A stretch of DNA of 64,000 nucleotides from a virus (taxonomy: Duplodnaviria; Caudoviricetes): the IMG/VR virus record IMGVR_UViG_3300025121_000013. One strand, written 5' to 3'. The notes under the pieces are model-generated. The model did no database searches. It was not told where the DNA came from and was given only the letters and a program-made list of their open reading frames with translations. The position numbers and the translations under genes were made by a program. Shown here in pieces: positions 27,894 through 38,772 of the stretch (positions within the stretch are counted from its first letter, which is position 1; every line of letters starts with the position of its first letter).

Positions 27894-28359
27894 AATTTAT
27901 ACTGATGGGGCTTGTTATAGAAACCCAGGGCCTTCTGGTTGTGCTTGTATGATAATTCAAGATAATTTCATTTTTGAATTCTCAAAATACTTGGGATTTA
28001 AAACAAACAATTTTGCCGAATTAGCAGCCATTGAATTAGCTTTAAAAAACGTTAGAGATAAAGATTTGAAAGTTACATTGTATTCAGATAGTGAATATGC
28101 GATTAATATCTTAACAAAAGATTGGAAAATTAAAAAACATGTTGAATTTATAAATAATATAAAAAGTCTAATTGGAGAATTTAAAGATTTATCATTTGAA
28201 TGGGTCAAAGCCCATAATGGACATCCAGAAAATGAAAAGGTAGATCAGCTTTGTAAAGATAGTATTAATAATAAGAAAAAAGGAACATATACCGAAAGAG
28301 TTTATATAATTCAAGAAAATAGTATTCCATCTTTGATTATGGAAAGCACTTTTTTTTAA
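27886..28359 (+). CDS. rnhA: ribonuclease HI
   Basis: IYTDGAC..NPGPSG, TNNFAELAAI, YSDSEY, WVKAHNGHPENEKVDQL. Confidence 0.95.
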   Translation: MIKIYTDGACYRNPGPSGCACMIIQDNFIFEFSKYLGFKTNNFAELAAIELALKNVRDKDLKVTLYSDSEYAINILTKDWKIKKHVEFINNIKSLIGEFKDLSFEWVKAHNGHPENEKVDQLCKDSINNKKKGTYTERVYIIQENSIPSLIMESTFF

Positions 28360-28375
28360 AAAGGAAAAAGAAAGA

Positions 28376-29159
28376 ATGTCGATTGTTGATTATTACAATT
28401 CTTGTGATGATTGTAATTTAAAAAGAACTATTAAAAAATTAACTGATGAGATTGATTTTTTAAGATGCAAAAATAGAGTTTCATTGATTGTTTGTGATAT
28501 GATTAAAGATAAAGAACATAATCCATTCATTTGTGATGGAAAAGCGTCTAGACCCTTTTGGTGTCCAAGGAAAGGACTTTTAAATGTCAACAATGGTTTG
28601 GGTTGATACATTGAATTATAAGACATTTCTTAAATTTGTTAAAAGAGGAGAATTAAAATTTGTTCCTGATGATTATCATATTTTAAATAATCACAGATGC
28701 CCAAATCATTCTTGTAGAACTGAGATCGTTTTTCTTCATGGTAGATTTGAAGATAAACGCGAAGTTCATGTTTTTCAGCATGGTGATAAATTAGCAGAGA
28801 AATTTGTATTTTATGATGATGAGTACAGAGATGAAATTAGAAGAGGATATAAAACTTGTTTTAACTGCAAAGATGAAATACATTATAGAATTGTAAATAA
28901 CCCACAATCTAGCCATGATCTACCTTTTAAGATAGAAACTAGGGTTTTGCCTAATAAGAATTCATTGAAAATTGATTTTGAAAAAGATCCCATTATTAAT
29001 TACCAGAATATAAAATGTATATTTTGTGATCTAGAATTAAAAAAGAGTCAGATAAAAGAAATAAAAAATAAAAAGGCAACCGATGATAATAAAATTAAAT
29101 TAACTAAATATAGTTGTGAAATTTGTAAACAGGAATATATAAGGACAGATTTGATATGA
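28376..29159 (+). CDS. two Cys-rich hypothetical proteins (28376-28606, 28584-29159)
   Basis: ORF track; several CxxC pairs. Confidence 0.55.
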
Positions 29160-29536
29160 GCTCGACAATCATCGCTGGATCAAGAAATATTCAAGATTAT
29201 GAATTAGTCAAATATGCAATCGAAATCTCTAACCTTCAAATCGATCAAATTATTTCTGGAGGGGCAAAAGGTGTTGATATTTTAGGTGAAAGATATGCTA
29301 AAGAAAATAATATTCCTTTTAAGAGATATCCAGCTAATTGGGGTAGAGATGGAAAAAGAGCTGGATTTTTAAGAAATCAAAAAATGGCTGAAAACGCTGA
29401 TACTTTAATTGCTATATGGGATGGAGAATCAAAAGGGACAGAACATATGATTTCAATCATGAGAAAAATGAATAAGAAAATTTTTATATTCAACATGAAG
29501 AATATAGATTTAAAACCAGATATGTTTTTTGATTGA
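29156..29536 (+). CDS. SLOG superfamily protein (DUF2493/YspA-like)
   Basis: IIAGSR, IISGGAKGVD, AGFLRNQKM, WDGESKGT. Confidence 0.85.
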   Translation: MSSTIIAGSRNIQDYELVKYAIEISNLQIDQIISGGAKGVDILGERYAKENNIPFKRYPANWGRDGKRAGFLRNQKMAENADTLIAIWDGESKGTEHMISIMRKMNKKIFIFNMKNIDLKPDMFFD

Positions 29537-29741
29537 TAAGAGGATAAATATAAAATGAATAAAATAAAAATTCATTTAAAAGAAATAAAGAAAGATACTA
29601 AATTATGTTTTGAATGTAATGAAGATATAAATATCAATGATATTGATTTTAGAGATGAAGAATCTGCAAGAAAAACTTTTTTAGATGTGTTCAGTGATAA
29701 ATTAATATCTAAGCAATAAAAGTTAGAAAGGCTTACTATCA

Positions 29742-30434
29742 ATGTCAGACGCTCAGGAAAGAAAAGATATCTATAAGGTACTTAGTATACTAAAAGATAG
29801 CCAATACTGTATAGAGGATTTTAAACGGAATGAGAATGGTAAACAATTTTTATTTGAAATAGAACAAAGAGTGAAATTGAATATTTCTGAAAATTTGAAT
29901 ATTGTTGAAAAACTAAAATTGATTAATTATGACATAATCAATTTATCATTCAATATTGTTAAAACTATAATTCAAGGAAAGAAGATTTTGATTTTTGGTA
30001 ATGGTGGTAGTGCATCAGATTCTCAACATTTTGCTGCAGAAATGGTAAATAGATTTAAATACAATCGACATTCGTATCCAGCGATTTCTCTAAATACCGA
30101 TACATCAATTATAACAAGTATTTCAAATGATTTTGGATATGAATATATTTTTAAGAGACAGATAGAATGTTTAGGAAATCAAGGAGATATGGCGATAGGA
30201 ATCTCGACAAGCGGAAATTCTAAAAATGTTATATTAGGGTTAAAAGAAGCTTTTAAAAATGGTTTATGCACTGTTTCTTTTATAGGGAAAAATAATTCTT
30301 TTGTTAAAGAATTTTCAGAAATTGTTATCTCTGTTGATAGTGATGATACTCCAAGGATTCAAGAATGTCACATTCTAATAATTCATATAATATGTGATCT
30401 TGTTGAAAGGATCATGGAAGGGATAGACTTTTAA
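29742..30434 (+). CDS. gmhA: D-sedoheptulose-7-phosphate isomerase (SIS domain)
   Basis: GNGGSASDSQHFAAE, SNDFGYEYIF.RQ, GISTSGNSKNV, TPRIQECH. Confidence 0.93.
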   Translation: MSDAQERKDIYKVLSILKDSQYCIEDFKRNENGKQFLFEIEQRVKLNISENLNIVEKLKLINYDIINLSFNIVKTIIQGKKILIFGNGGSASDSQHFAAEMVNRFKYNRHSYPAISLNTDTSIITSISNDFGYEYIFKRQIECLGNQGDMAIGISTSGNSKNVILGLKEAFKNGLCTVSFIGKNNSFVKEFSEIVISVDSDDTPRIQECHILIIHIICDLVERIMEGIDF

Positions 30435-30436
30435 AA

Positions 30437-31716
30437 ATGAACTTAGGAATTATTCTAAACGAAGATAACAAAATCATTAATCATAGATCATTATTTAAAG
30501 TTCTCTTTAATCCTTTTTTTAGAACAATGGGGTTCGAAGTCGCAACTATAGGAGATGATAAAAGACTGTATAAAAGAGTGATTCAACGTTGTAAAAAAAG
30601 AAAATTAAAATTTCATTTTCATTATGATATGTCTAGAAAAACAAGAATTTTAAAAAGTCGAATCTTTTAGCTATAACTTTAACAATCTTTTAATATAAGG
30701 AAGGGTTTTAAAAATGAAAAGAGATCTTATAAAAAGATATTATCATCTATCAAAAATATATCCAATTTTCTTTTGGAAAGAATGTTCTTCTTGTAATAAA
30801 GAATTTAGGAGAGAATGGGGATGGAAAGTTAAAGTTGAGATGAATAAAATATATTTATGTAAAACATGTGCTGAAACAGAAAATGAAGTTTATAATTTTG
30901 TACAAAAATCCTTAAGACCACAATTACCAAAGTCAACTGTTCCAAACATATCCTTGATTCCCCCTCCGCCTCCAAGAAGTTGGAGTTATGAAGATTTAAG
31001 ACAATGAAATAAAATCCAAAGAAGAGGAGAGGAAGAATCTCAATATTAAAATTTTTAGATTGACATAGATATCCTACAGGTTTGGGCATAAACTTCATTT
31101 TCATCAAAAAACGATGAAAAAATGGGTATAGATCTAATCTTAAGACAATTTTTAAAAATTGCTAAAATTTTTTAAAGTTGATAGGGAGCAACCTACATAG
31201 AAAGGAGAAATAAAAATGAATCTTGTCAGATCTATTGCTTTTATTTTCTTTTCAGCAATTGAAAAAATCAGATATGGGATTTGGGTACTTAAAGGAAGGA
31301 AAGGAAAGAAACCTGTTCCTTTTATCTCTTTATAAGAAAGGAATATTTCTTTGACTATCATTAGTAATTTTTGGAGAAAAATGATGAAGAAAAATATTGA
31401 GATTATATTTGTAGACAAAGAAAAAATATTTCCTAATTATGGCCGTACAAAGATCTTTCCTAATTATGCTAGAATCATGATAAGAAATGACTTATCAAAT
31501 ATTGTTACAAAAAGTGTTTTGAAACATGAGCAAATTCATGCTAATAGATTATTAAAAGGGGAAGATACAGAAAATATTTTGTGGGAAGAAATTATTGCTA
31601 ATTGGGAATCTTTTAAATTTTTTCCTTTAGGATGGATTATATGTCTTTTATCTACAATGACAGATAAAGATCGTTTGATTTGGTATTTGAACAAATATCT
31701 ATTAAATAAAAAATAA
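30437..31716 (+). CDS. three hypothetical proteins (30437-30670, 30714-31007, 31351-31716; the last has HEQIH, an HExxH-like motif)
   Basis: ORF track; LKHEQIHAN...EE. Confidence 0.5.
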
Positions 31717-31773
31717 TGGGGTAGAGAAGACAGAATAATCAACAATATGATTAAAAAATGAAAGATTGATAAA

Positions 31774-32319
31774 ATGACAAGAACAGGAAAATTTCTAAGA
31801 TTTTTAGAAGAGACTAATGTTCTTCAAAAAGGAGAATTTCTTTTAAAAGATGGTTCTAAATCTAATAAATTTTTTAATTTTGGAAATATTAAAAATGGAA
31901 GAGATTTAATAGAATTAGGAAAGTTCTATTCTGATTATATTTATTTAAAAAAGATTTATGAAAAAATAGATTTTATTTTTGGGCCATCATATAAAGGAAT
32001 TCCTTTAGTCGTTTCAACGTCTTGTGCTTTGTCTTTTTGTTTTGGAATTGATGTTCCAATTTGTTATAATCGAAAAGAAGAAAAAGATCATGGAGAAAAA
32101 GGAAATTTCATAGGATATGATTTCACAAAAGAACCTTGTACATGTCTTGTATTAGATGATGTATTCACATCAGGAAAAACTAAGTATGAAGTTTTAGATA
32201 TGTTTTCTAAATATCCCAATGTTAAGATTTTAGGATTTTTGGTTGGAGTCAATCGATCAAAAGAAAATGATTTCTTGGAGAAAACAGGAATTCCTATTTT
32301 GTATTTAGCTTCATTGTGA
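31774..32319 (+). CDS. pyrE: orotate phosphoribosyltransferase
   Basis: GEFLLKDGSKSNKFFNFG, FGPSYKGIPL, RKEEKDHGEKG, VLDDVFTSG. Confidence 0.93.
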   Translation: MTRTGKFLRFLEETNVLQKGEFLLKDGSKSNKFFNFGNIKNGRDLIELGKFYSDYIYLKKIYEKIDFIFGPSYKGIPLVVSTSCALSFCFGIDVPICYNRKEEKDHGEKGNFIGYDFTKEPCTCLVLDDVFTSGKTKYEVLDMFSKYPNVKILGFLVGVNRSKENDFLEKTGIPILYLASL

Positions 32320-32333
32320 AAGGACATTAAGAA

Positions 32334-32838
32334 ATGGTTGATCCTTGTCAATTTTGTCCTCATGGAAAAAGTCAAATTTCGTTAACAGAAGAGAATGCAA
32401 CTGGAATATGGAAATATGATATAGAGAATATGCCAATTGGAAAAACACTTTTATTAAATTCAAAAGATTATGGATTTATCACAGGGACAGTTTATAAAGA
32501 AAAAGAAAAAAACTGGATTGAAGATTGTTTTGGTGAAGGGATTAACATACATATTAAAAATATTATTTCTTATGCAGAGATAAATGAAAATGTGGTATAA
32601 AGGATTTCCTTGGAAAATTAATTATATAAGATATTTTGGCGCATGCACTATTCAAGATTCTGTTTTTAAATGTAAAGCCTGGACTATTTTTGGAGCTTGG
32701 TTGAAATTCATGGATTTCATTGATGATGAGCACATAGATAAGAACCAATTTAATTTTTTTATTATGCTCGGAAATATTCATCTTGATTGGGATACTATAT
32801 TTCCAGAAGATAGTCAATATAAACGAAAGAATGGATAA
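32334..32838 (+). CDS. two hypothetical proteins (32334-32600, paralog of 36276-36524; 32584-32838)
   Basis: ORF track; shared WKYD.ENMPI.KTLLLNSK.YGFITGT. Confidence 0.6.
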
Positions 32839-32840
32839 AA

Positions 32841-33455
32841 ATGGAAAATACATTTTTTGGAATAGAATGGGTTTCAGAAATACCCAACCCTCCATTAGTT
32901 GTTAATTTATTTGCTGGCCCAGGGTGTGGAAAATCCACTTGTGCTTCTGGAATATTTTCCCTTCTAAAATTGAATGGAATTAAATCAGAACTTGTTTTAG
33001 AATTTGCGAAAGATTTAGTTCGAGAAGGAAGAACTGTTGCTTTAGAAAAACAATATTATATTTGGGCAAAACAATTGATGAGAATTGAAAGATGCATAAA
33101 TCAAGTCGATATTGTAATAACCGATTCCCCAATTTTATTATCAATACTTTACGATAATATGCAAAGTCCATCTCTTTCAAAAACCATTCTTGAAAGCTTT
33201 AATAAATTTAATAATTTAAATATATTATTAGAAAGAACAAAGCCCTATATTAAAGACGGAAGATATCAAAATGAAAAAGAAGCCAAGGATTTAGATAATA
33301 AATCTAAGGAAATGTTAGATAAATTTAATATCCCATATCATATCCATTCTGGAGACTCAAAAGGAATAAATGAAATAGTTTATTCAATCTTGTTAAATGT
33401 TTTTGGAATGAAAAGTAAATCCTTTATCATGGAAATGGTTGGAGGTCCTTCTTAA
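32841..33455 (+). CDS. P-loop NTPase / nucleotide kinase (AAA_28, NadR-like)
   Basis: Walker A GPGCGKST, ITDSPILLS, GRYQNEKEAKDLD. Confidence 0.8.
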   Translation: MENTFFGIEWVSEIPNPPLVVNLFAGPGCGKSTCASGIFSLLKLNGIKSELVLEFAKDLVREGRTVALEKQYYIWAKQLMRIERCINQVDIVITDSPILLSILYDNMQSPSLSKTILESFNKFNNLNILLERTKPYIKDGRYQNEKEAKDLDNKSKEMLDKFNIPYHIHSGDSKGINEIVYSILLNVFGMKSKSFIMEMVGGPS

Positions 33456-33457
33456 AA

Positions 33458-33628
33458 ATGATAACACAATTAGATAGAATTAAAAATATATTAAGATTCA
33501 TCAAGAAAAAGGAATGGCGACTTGTTTCTAGGGAATGGCAATATATAGGAGAAAAACTATTTAAGGGCTATGCCACGGATGAACTTTGGAATTTGGATGA
33601 TAATTTAATAGATTTTATCGATCTGTAG
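33458..33628 (+). CDS. 56-aa hypothetical protein whose last codon and stop come from the IS left end
   Basis: ATG at 33458 is open to ...ATC GAT CTG TAG; not in the ORF track (under 60 aa). Confidence 0.55.
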   Translation: MITQLDRIKNILRFIKKKEWRLVSREWQYIGEKLFKGYATDELWNLDDNLIDFIDL

Positions 33629-34842
33629 TCTGAAGAAGACTGGCGGCTTTAGACGTCCAAATGAATTCAGCACTTTCTTGGTTTTTAAAGAACATATTTA
33701 AAAGTCCTTCCTTTAGGAGTTTTTATGCCGAAATCTTCCAAATCTTATACAGTTAAAATTGGTGGAAATATTTTGAATAAAGTCAATTACTTAGAGTGGA
33801 TGATTGACGAACTAGAAGATCTTTCTTGCTTTGTCTTTAATTTCGGCAAAAGGTTTGGAGAAAAACATTGGGATAATTATGGACAAATGTATCATTTCGC
33901 TCGGAGATTTTTTCCAGATTTAAATACGAAAGTTTTGCAGAATTTTATTCGGCTTTATAGAAAGCGAGGTAAAAGACCACAACCAAAATCTCCAATAAAT
34001 CCAAGTATTTATATAGATCAAGCATTTAATATAAAGAAAACTAATGAGACTAAAATTACAAATTATTGGTTGAGATTTCACAAAAAGAATTTCCCTTTAT
34101 TTGGCAAAAGAATTCTCAATAGAATTTCAAAATTCTCCCAGGTCAAATTGATTCAAATCTATAAGAAAAACAATAACTTATATTGCAAACTTTGTCTCGT
34201 AAATCCTTTGGCTTTGCCAAAAGAAAATAAGAATTCAAAAACCATAGGTTGTGACGTTAATTTTAAAACTTTAGTTCTTTCGGATAACTCCTTCTTTTCA
34301 TTGGCAAAATTAGCACATCGAAAACTTGAGCATAAGAAAAATAATTCTAAAAAGAAAAACCTCACAAATTTCTCAAAAGATTTTTGCCACAAAATAACTT
34401 CTCAAATGGTCGAACATCTTTTAAGTACAGGATCAAAAGTTTTGATTCTCGAAGATCTTCGAACTTTGAGGAAAAACGCTTCGAGAAAATATGGATCATA
34501 TTCTAAGTTAAGAAATTATATAATAAATACAATGCCTTACGGAATGATCCAAAACTTTCTCGAATACAAATGTTTAGACGCTGGAATTTTAGTTCACAAA
34601 ATAAATCCTGCTTACACAAGCAAAACATGCTCGGCCTGTGAATCGTTAGAAACACAAAGACCGACACAGAACAGTTTTGTTTGTCAAAAATGTGGACTGA
34701 AATTACATGCAGATCTAAACGGGTCGAGAAACATCGAGAAGTTCTACACGAACACTCGATGGGCTACCAGTGAATCTAGCCCAGCCAAGGACCTTTAAAA
34801 CTTGGAGAAGCTGGGATCCTTTCGGACCGTCCAGAAGTTCAC
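33623..34842 (+). mobile_element. tnpB-only IS200/IS605-family element (IS1341-like, non-autonomous in this window)
   Basis: Sub-terminal hairpins at both ends, right end ...GAAGTTCAC, upstream flank TCGAT (one mismatch from the ISDra2 TTGAT target), ends matched by the 46-bp copy at 1226. Confidence 0.85.
33725..34798 (+). CDS. tnpB: TnpB RNA-guided endonuclease
   Basis: RuvC I IGCDVN, RuvC II ILEDL, NPAYTSKTCSAC...CQKC zinc finger, RuvC III HADLNGSRNI. Confidence 0.93.
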   Translation: MPKSSKSYTVKIGGNILNKVNYLEWMIDELEDLSCFVFNFGKRFGEKHWDNYGQMYHFARRFFPDLNTKVLQNFIRLYRKRGKRPQPKSPINPSIYIDQAFNIKKTNETKITNYWLRFHKKNFPLFGKRILNRISKFSQVKLIQIYKKNNNLYCKLCLVNPLALPKENKNSKTIGCDVNFKTLVLSDNSFFSLAKLAHRKLEHKKNNSKKKNLTNFSKDFCHKITSQMVEHLLSTGSKVLILEDLRTLRKNASRKYGSYSKLRNYIINTMPYGMIQNFLEYKCLDAGILVHKINPAYTSKTCSACESLETQRPTQNSFVCQKCGLKLHADLNGSRNIEKFYTNTRWATSESSPAKDL

Positions 34843-34885
34843 GGATAACTTTTTGAATTTAAGTTGGTAGAAGGAGAGTGATAAA

Positions 34886-37668
34886 ATGATCTGTCCAAAT
34901 TGTGATAAAGAATTAGAAGAATCGTATATAGATAGTTTTAATAATATACCTATTGAAAAAATTGAATTTTTTCATTGTAAAAATTGTAACCTATGTGTTG
35001 GAAAAATACATCCTATCTTAACCGATAAAGATTTTGTTGGCTATGTATGTTGGAAAAAAGATGGAGAAATAAATTTCAACAAAATGTATGATGTGAAAAA
35101 AGATAAAGGAATTATACTTGGAGGATGAAATGGAGAAAATCAAAGAGATTAAAAATCCTGAGCTTCTTAAAATTTTAGAAGATGAAAAGATTGACCCTTG
35201 TATATTTGTAGACATGGGAAATAGCATCTTAAAAATGATTGAAAAAGAAAAGGAAGAATATTTAAAACCTGATTATCCATTCAAAAATATTTTTAAACAA
35301 GAAAAGTCCATAGATGAAGAAATTCTCATCAAATATCCATGTAAGAAAGGATGAAAATGATCATAGTTCAGTGGGGAGTAAATAATTTTCTTGATGACTT
35401 TTCGAGCGACTATTCAGATTTTTTGCCAGAAGAGGTTAGAAAAAATTTTTCTATTATTCTGTTGTCAGGACATGAAGGATGTGGGGACCCGGAATGCGAT
35501 TTTGAAATGTATTGTCATGGGCTGCTTTCAGGAGGCATAAAAATTTGGGGGACTCAAGAAATAACATATACATTATGTCCTGGGGATTATGTCATACAAG
35601 TTTCTGAAGAAGAATTTGTGAGAGTCAAACGAAAGTTTTTTGAGGATTCTAAATTTTTCAACTTAGTAAAAGATAAAATAATTTCGTGCTAGTTAAATAA
35701 CCCAGAAGTTTTAGAAAGGAATCATGAAAATGAATTACGTTCAATGGTTTAAGAATGGTGATCATCCTGAAGATGGCCCTTCAGCTTTAGAAGGAAAGGT
35801 TGTTAGATATTTTAGAGATCCTGATATTTCTGGAGATACGATTTGTGATGATTGTAATCAGGAAATGAATTCCCATGGGTGGATTGATCAAAGTGAATAT
35901 GGTTATGTAGTTTGCCCAGGAGATTATATTTTCGAAACGTCTCCTGGTGTTTATAAACCTTTAAACGAAGATCTAGTTGAGATTATAAACGGCATGGTTG
36001 AAAATGCAATCAAAGAACATAATAAGGCAATATCATGAAAAAATATATCATTGAAAATTTGGAAGTTAAAGAAATTAATATTTATAGAGAAACGGAACAA
36101 TATGTTTATATGCCTGGCGGAAAGAGAAAAGAAAAATCTAAAAAGTATTTTTCATCTAAAGAAGAAGCCATGTTGTTTTTAATGAAAGAAGAAGTTAAAA
36201 AATTTGAAAACGATATCTTTTCTTTTCAAAGTAGATGGAGCAGACTTCTCGAATACAACGAAGGGATATTAAAAAATGTTTGATCCTTGCACGGCTTGTC
36301 CACATGGAAATAAACTAGAATTGAAAGAAAGTCCAACGAGTCCTTGGAAATATGATGTAGAGAATATGCCAATAAAAAAGACGCTTTTATTAAATTCTAA
36401 GGTTTATGGTTTTATCACAGGAACTGCCTATAAAGAAAATGAAAAAATTTGGATTGAAGATTGTTTCGGAGAGGGCTTTGGAATTAAGATTGAAGATATT
36501 TTGGCATATGCCGAAATAACATGATAAAAAGGAGATTACAAAAATGGCATTGACTTCATTGGAACAAGGATTTTTGATTGGGATTGGATTTGCAATTAGC
36601 AAGATGTCTGAAAATGAATTGAAGCCTTTGATCGATACCCTTGGACAATTAAAGACTCAGCTTGGTGGAATGTTAACATCTCCGGAATTCAATGAAGCTT
36701 TTAAAACCATTCAAAATGGATTTAATATGGCAAAGCCTCCAGAACCTGTTAATACCCCTCCGACGGATATTCCTCAAGAAAGTTAAATATAAATGTATAT
36801 CACCCCTTGTACAAAATGTGTTTTCACTTTGACATGCGCTAAAAAGAAAGAACTTTTGAAATCAATAAGAGATAATGGTTTTGGATCTTATGTTACAAAA
36901 TTAAATATAAAGTGTGATATTCATTGGAGAGAAATTCAACCTGGGCAAAGAATTATTTATGCCTTTTCTGACTTTAATGGTCCAGAGCATGATATTATTC
37001 TTTCATATCAAACAATTTCTGGAACAGTTATGAAAAGAATGAAGAAAATTAATAAGTTATTAGTTTGGTTAGATGATAATGATTTTACTAGAAGAAAAAT
37101 TGTAAAACTTCTTCCTTCTCTTGTCGAAATTTTAAATGAGCCAAAAGAAGCATTATGTTCGATGTGCAATAGGCCAATATCTAAATCAAATTTTGAAGGA
37201 TTCAATTGTGGATTATGCAACCCAGCTAAAGAATACATAGAAAATTGTGAGTTAGATTATGAAATATCTAAGTTATCTAAATTACCGGATTATTTTTATG
37301 ACGAGATGGCAAAAAATATGGCTAAACAGATAGATGAAGAAATTATGAAACTCTTTGAAAAAAGTAAAAACAGAAAAGAATAAATATCTAATATTCAATA
37401 TGCCTTCAGAAAAGGGATTTAAAAAATGAAAGTTTCAATTCATAAGCTGGAGAATCCTTCAAAGAAATCTGGAGATCGATATGTCTTTTCTGCAAAGTAT
37501 TGTTGTATGAACATGTTTAATGCTCTTCAGAAAAATGACGGAGTTATAATGCTTCCTCTGTTGTATTCTGACTTCGATGTTGAAACATCATTGAACATGA
37601 CTTTAAGCGGCACTCCAATCTCTTTTTGTCCATTCTGTGGATCAGAGATTAGCTTTGTTAGAAAGTGA
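34886..37668 (+). CDS. block of nine small hypothetical proteins
   Basis: ORF track 34886, 35118, 35351, 35724, 36035, 36276, 36544, 36793, 37426; 35351 and 35724 share HG...CPGDY. Confidence 0.55.
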
Positions 37669-37729
37669 AACATAATGTTCCGGCATATAGAACAAAAATA
37701 AAACTTTAGTTTTCTTTGGAGAATAAGAA

Positions 37730-38248
37730 ATGATTTTAGCTAGAAATAATCAAGTTGCTTATGAAGATTTTACAGTCACCGATTCTGAAGGAAATTTAAT
37801 TACGGGTTTAGACCAAAGTGATTTTACTTATAAATTATATAATGGCTCAGGAACAGATGTTTCTCTAACAATCTCCGTGACAATTTCAGCTTTAAACAAC
37901 GGAAATTATAGAGCTTCATTTACTCCCAATGCAATTGGAACATGGTATTTGACAATTTATAATTCGACATATTTTCCATGGGGAAAATCAGATTCTATAA
38001 TTGTTCAAGAAAATAATTTTGATACTTTGGATACGTTAATAAAGAGAATTCTTGGTCTGACTCAAGAAAATTATTATATTGATAATATGTCTTATAATAC
38101 AAATGGAAATCTTTTATCTGGAAGAATTAGGATTTATTCAAATCCTTCCAGTGTCGGAACAACCAGTGATGTAATTTCAAGTTATTTAATGTCAGCTTCA
38201 TATGATGCAAGTCAACAATTATCAAATTATTCTGTAATTAAATTGTAA
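37730..38248 (+). CDS. probable virion structural protein
   Basis: Ser/Thr/Asn-rich Ig-like pattern (GNYRASFTPNAIGTWYL), preceded by an AGAACAAA motif. Confidence 0.45.
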   Translation: MILARNNQVAYEDFTVTDSEGNLITGLDQSDFTYKLYNGSGTDVSLTISVTISALNNGNYRASFTPNAIGTWYLTIYNSTYFPWGKSDSIIVQENNFDTLDTLIKRILGLTQENYYIDNMSYNTNGNLLSGRIRIYSNPSSVGTTSDVISSYLMSASYDASQQLSNYSVIKL

Positions 38249-38253
38249 ATAAA

Positions 38254-38532
38254 ATGAAAACTGGAGAATGGTCTGTGTACTTAGTTGAGTGCTCAGACCA
38301 TTCTCTATATTGTGGTATCACAAAAAATATAGAGAAAAGAATAAAAGCCCATAATAAAGGAAAGGGAGCAAAATACACAAGGATGAGAAGACCTGTAAAA
38401 TTAATTGAAGTCTGCTCAGATCTTGATTTATCTTTGGCTTTAAGAACTGAATATTATATCAAATCTTTAGAAAGAAAAAAGAAAGAACCTTTTTTAAGAA
38501 ATTTTAAAAAGAGAAAGGTAATTGTTAAATGA
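38254..38532 (+). CDS. GIY-YIG nuclease family protein (UPF0213/YhbQ-like)
   Basis: WSVYLVECSDHSLYCGIT...RIKAHNKGKGAKYTR..RPVKL. Confidence 0.9.
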   Translation: MKTGEWSVYLVECSDHSLYCGITKNIEKRIKAHNKGKGAKYTRMRRPVKLIEVCSDLDLSLALRTEYYIKSLERKKKEPFLRNFKKRKVIVK

Positions 38533-38553
38533 ATATTTGGGAGAAAATAAAAT

Positions 38554-38772
38554 ATGTTATCTATTAAATATATAGTCGAAAATATAGATATTGTAGAAAA
38601 GGCAATGATAAATCGAGGTAATTTGAAAGCTGTTAGTTTATTGCCTAAATTGTTAGAATTATATAATAAGAAAAAGAAACTTCAAATAGATCTTGAAACT
38701 CTTAGGTTCGAAAAAAATAAAAAAACAAAAGAAATGGCTTTATCAAAAAGGAAATTAAAAGAGGAAAAATAA
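38554..38772 (+). CDS. stand-alone seryl-tRNA synthetase N-terminal (tRNA-binding coiled-coil)-like protein
   Basis: MLSIKYIVENIDIVEKAMINRG...LLELYNKKKKLQIDLETLRFEKNK resembles SerRS MLD.K.IR.N...V...L..RG. Confidence 0.7.
   Translation: MLSIKYIVENIDIVEKAMINRGNLKAVSLLPKLLELYNKKKKLQIDLETLRFEKNKKTKEMALSKRKLKEEK

Noticed and set aside
31059-31095. Sigma70 promoter at TTGACA
   Set aside because: No TATAAT-like -10 element at 16-18 nt spacing
33623-34842. Cas12/CRISPR effector interpretation of the RuvC protein
   Set aside because: 357 aa, IS200/IS605-type ends, and no array or cas genes nearby, so TnpB fits better
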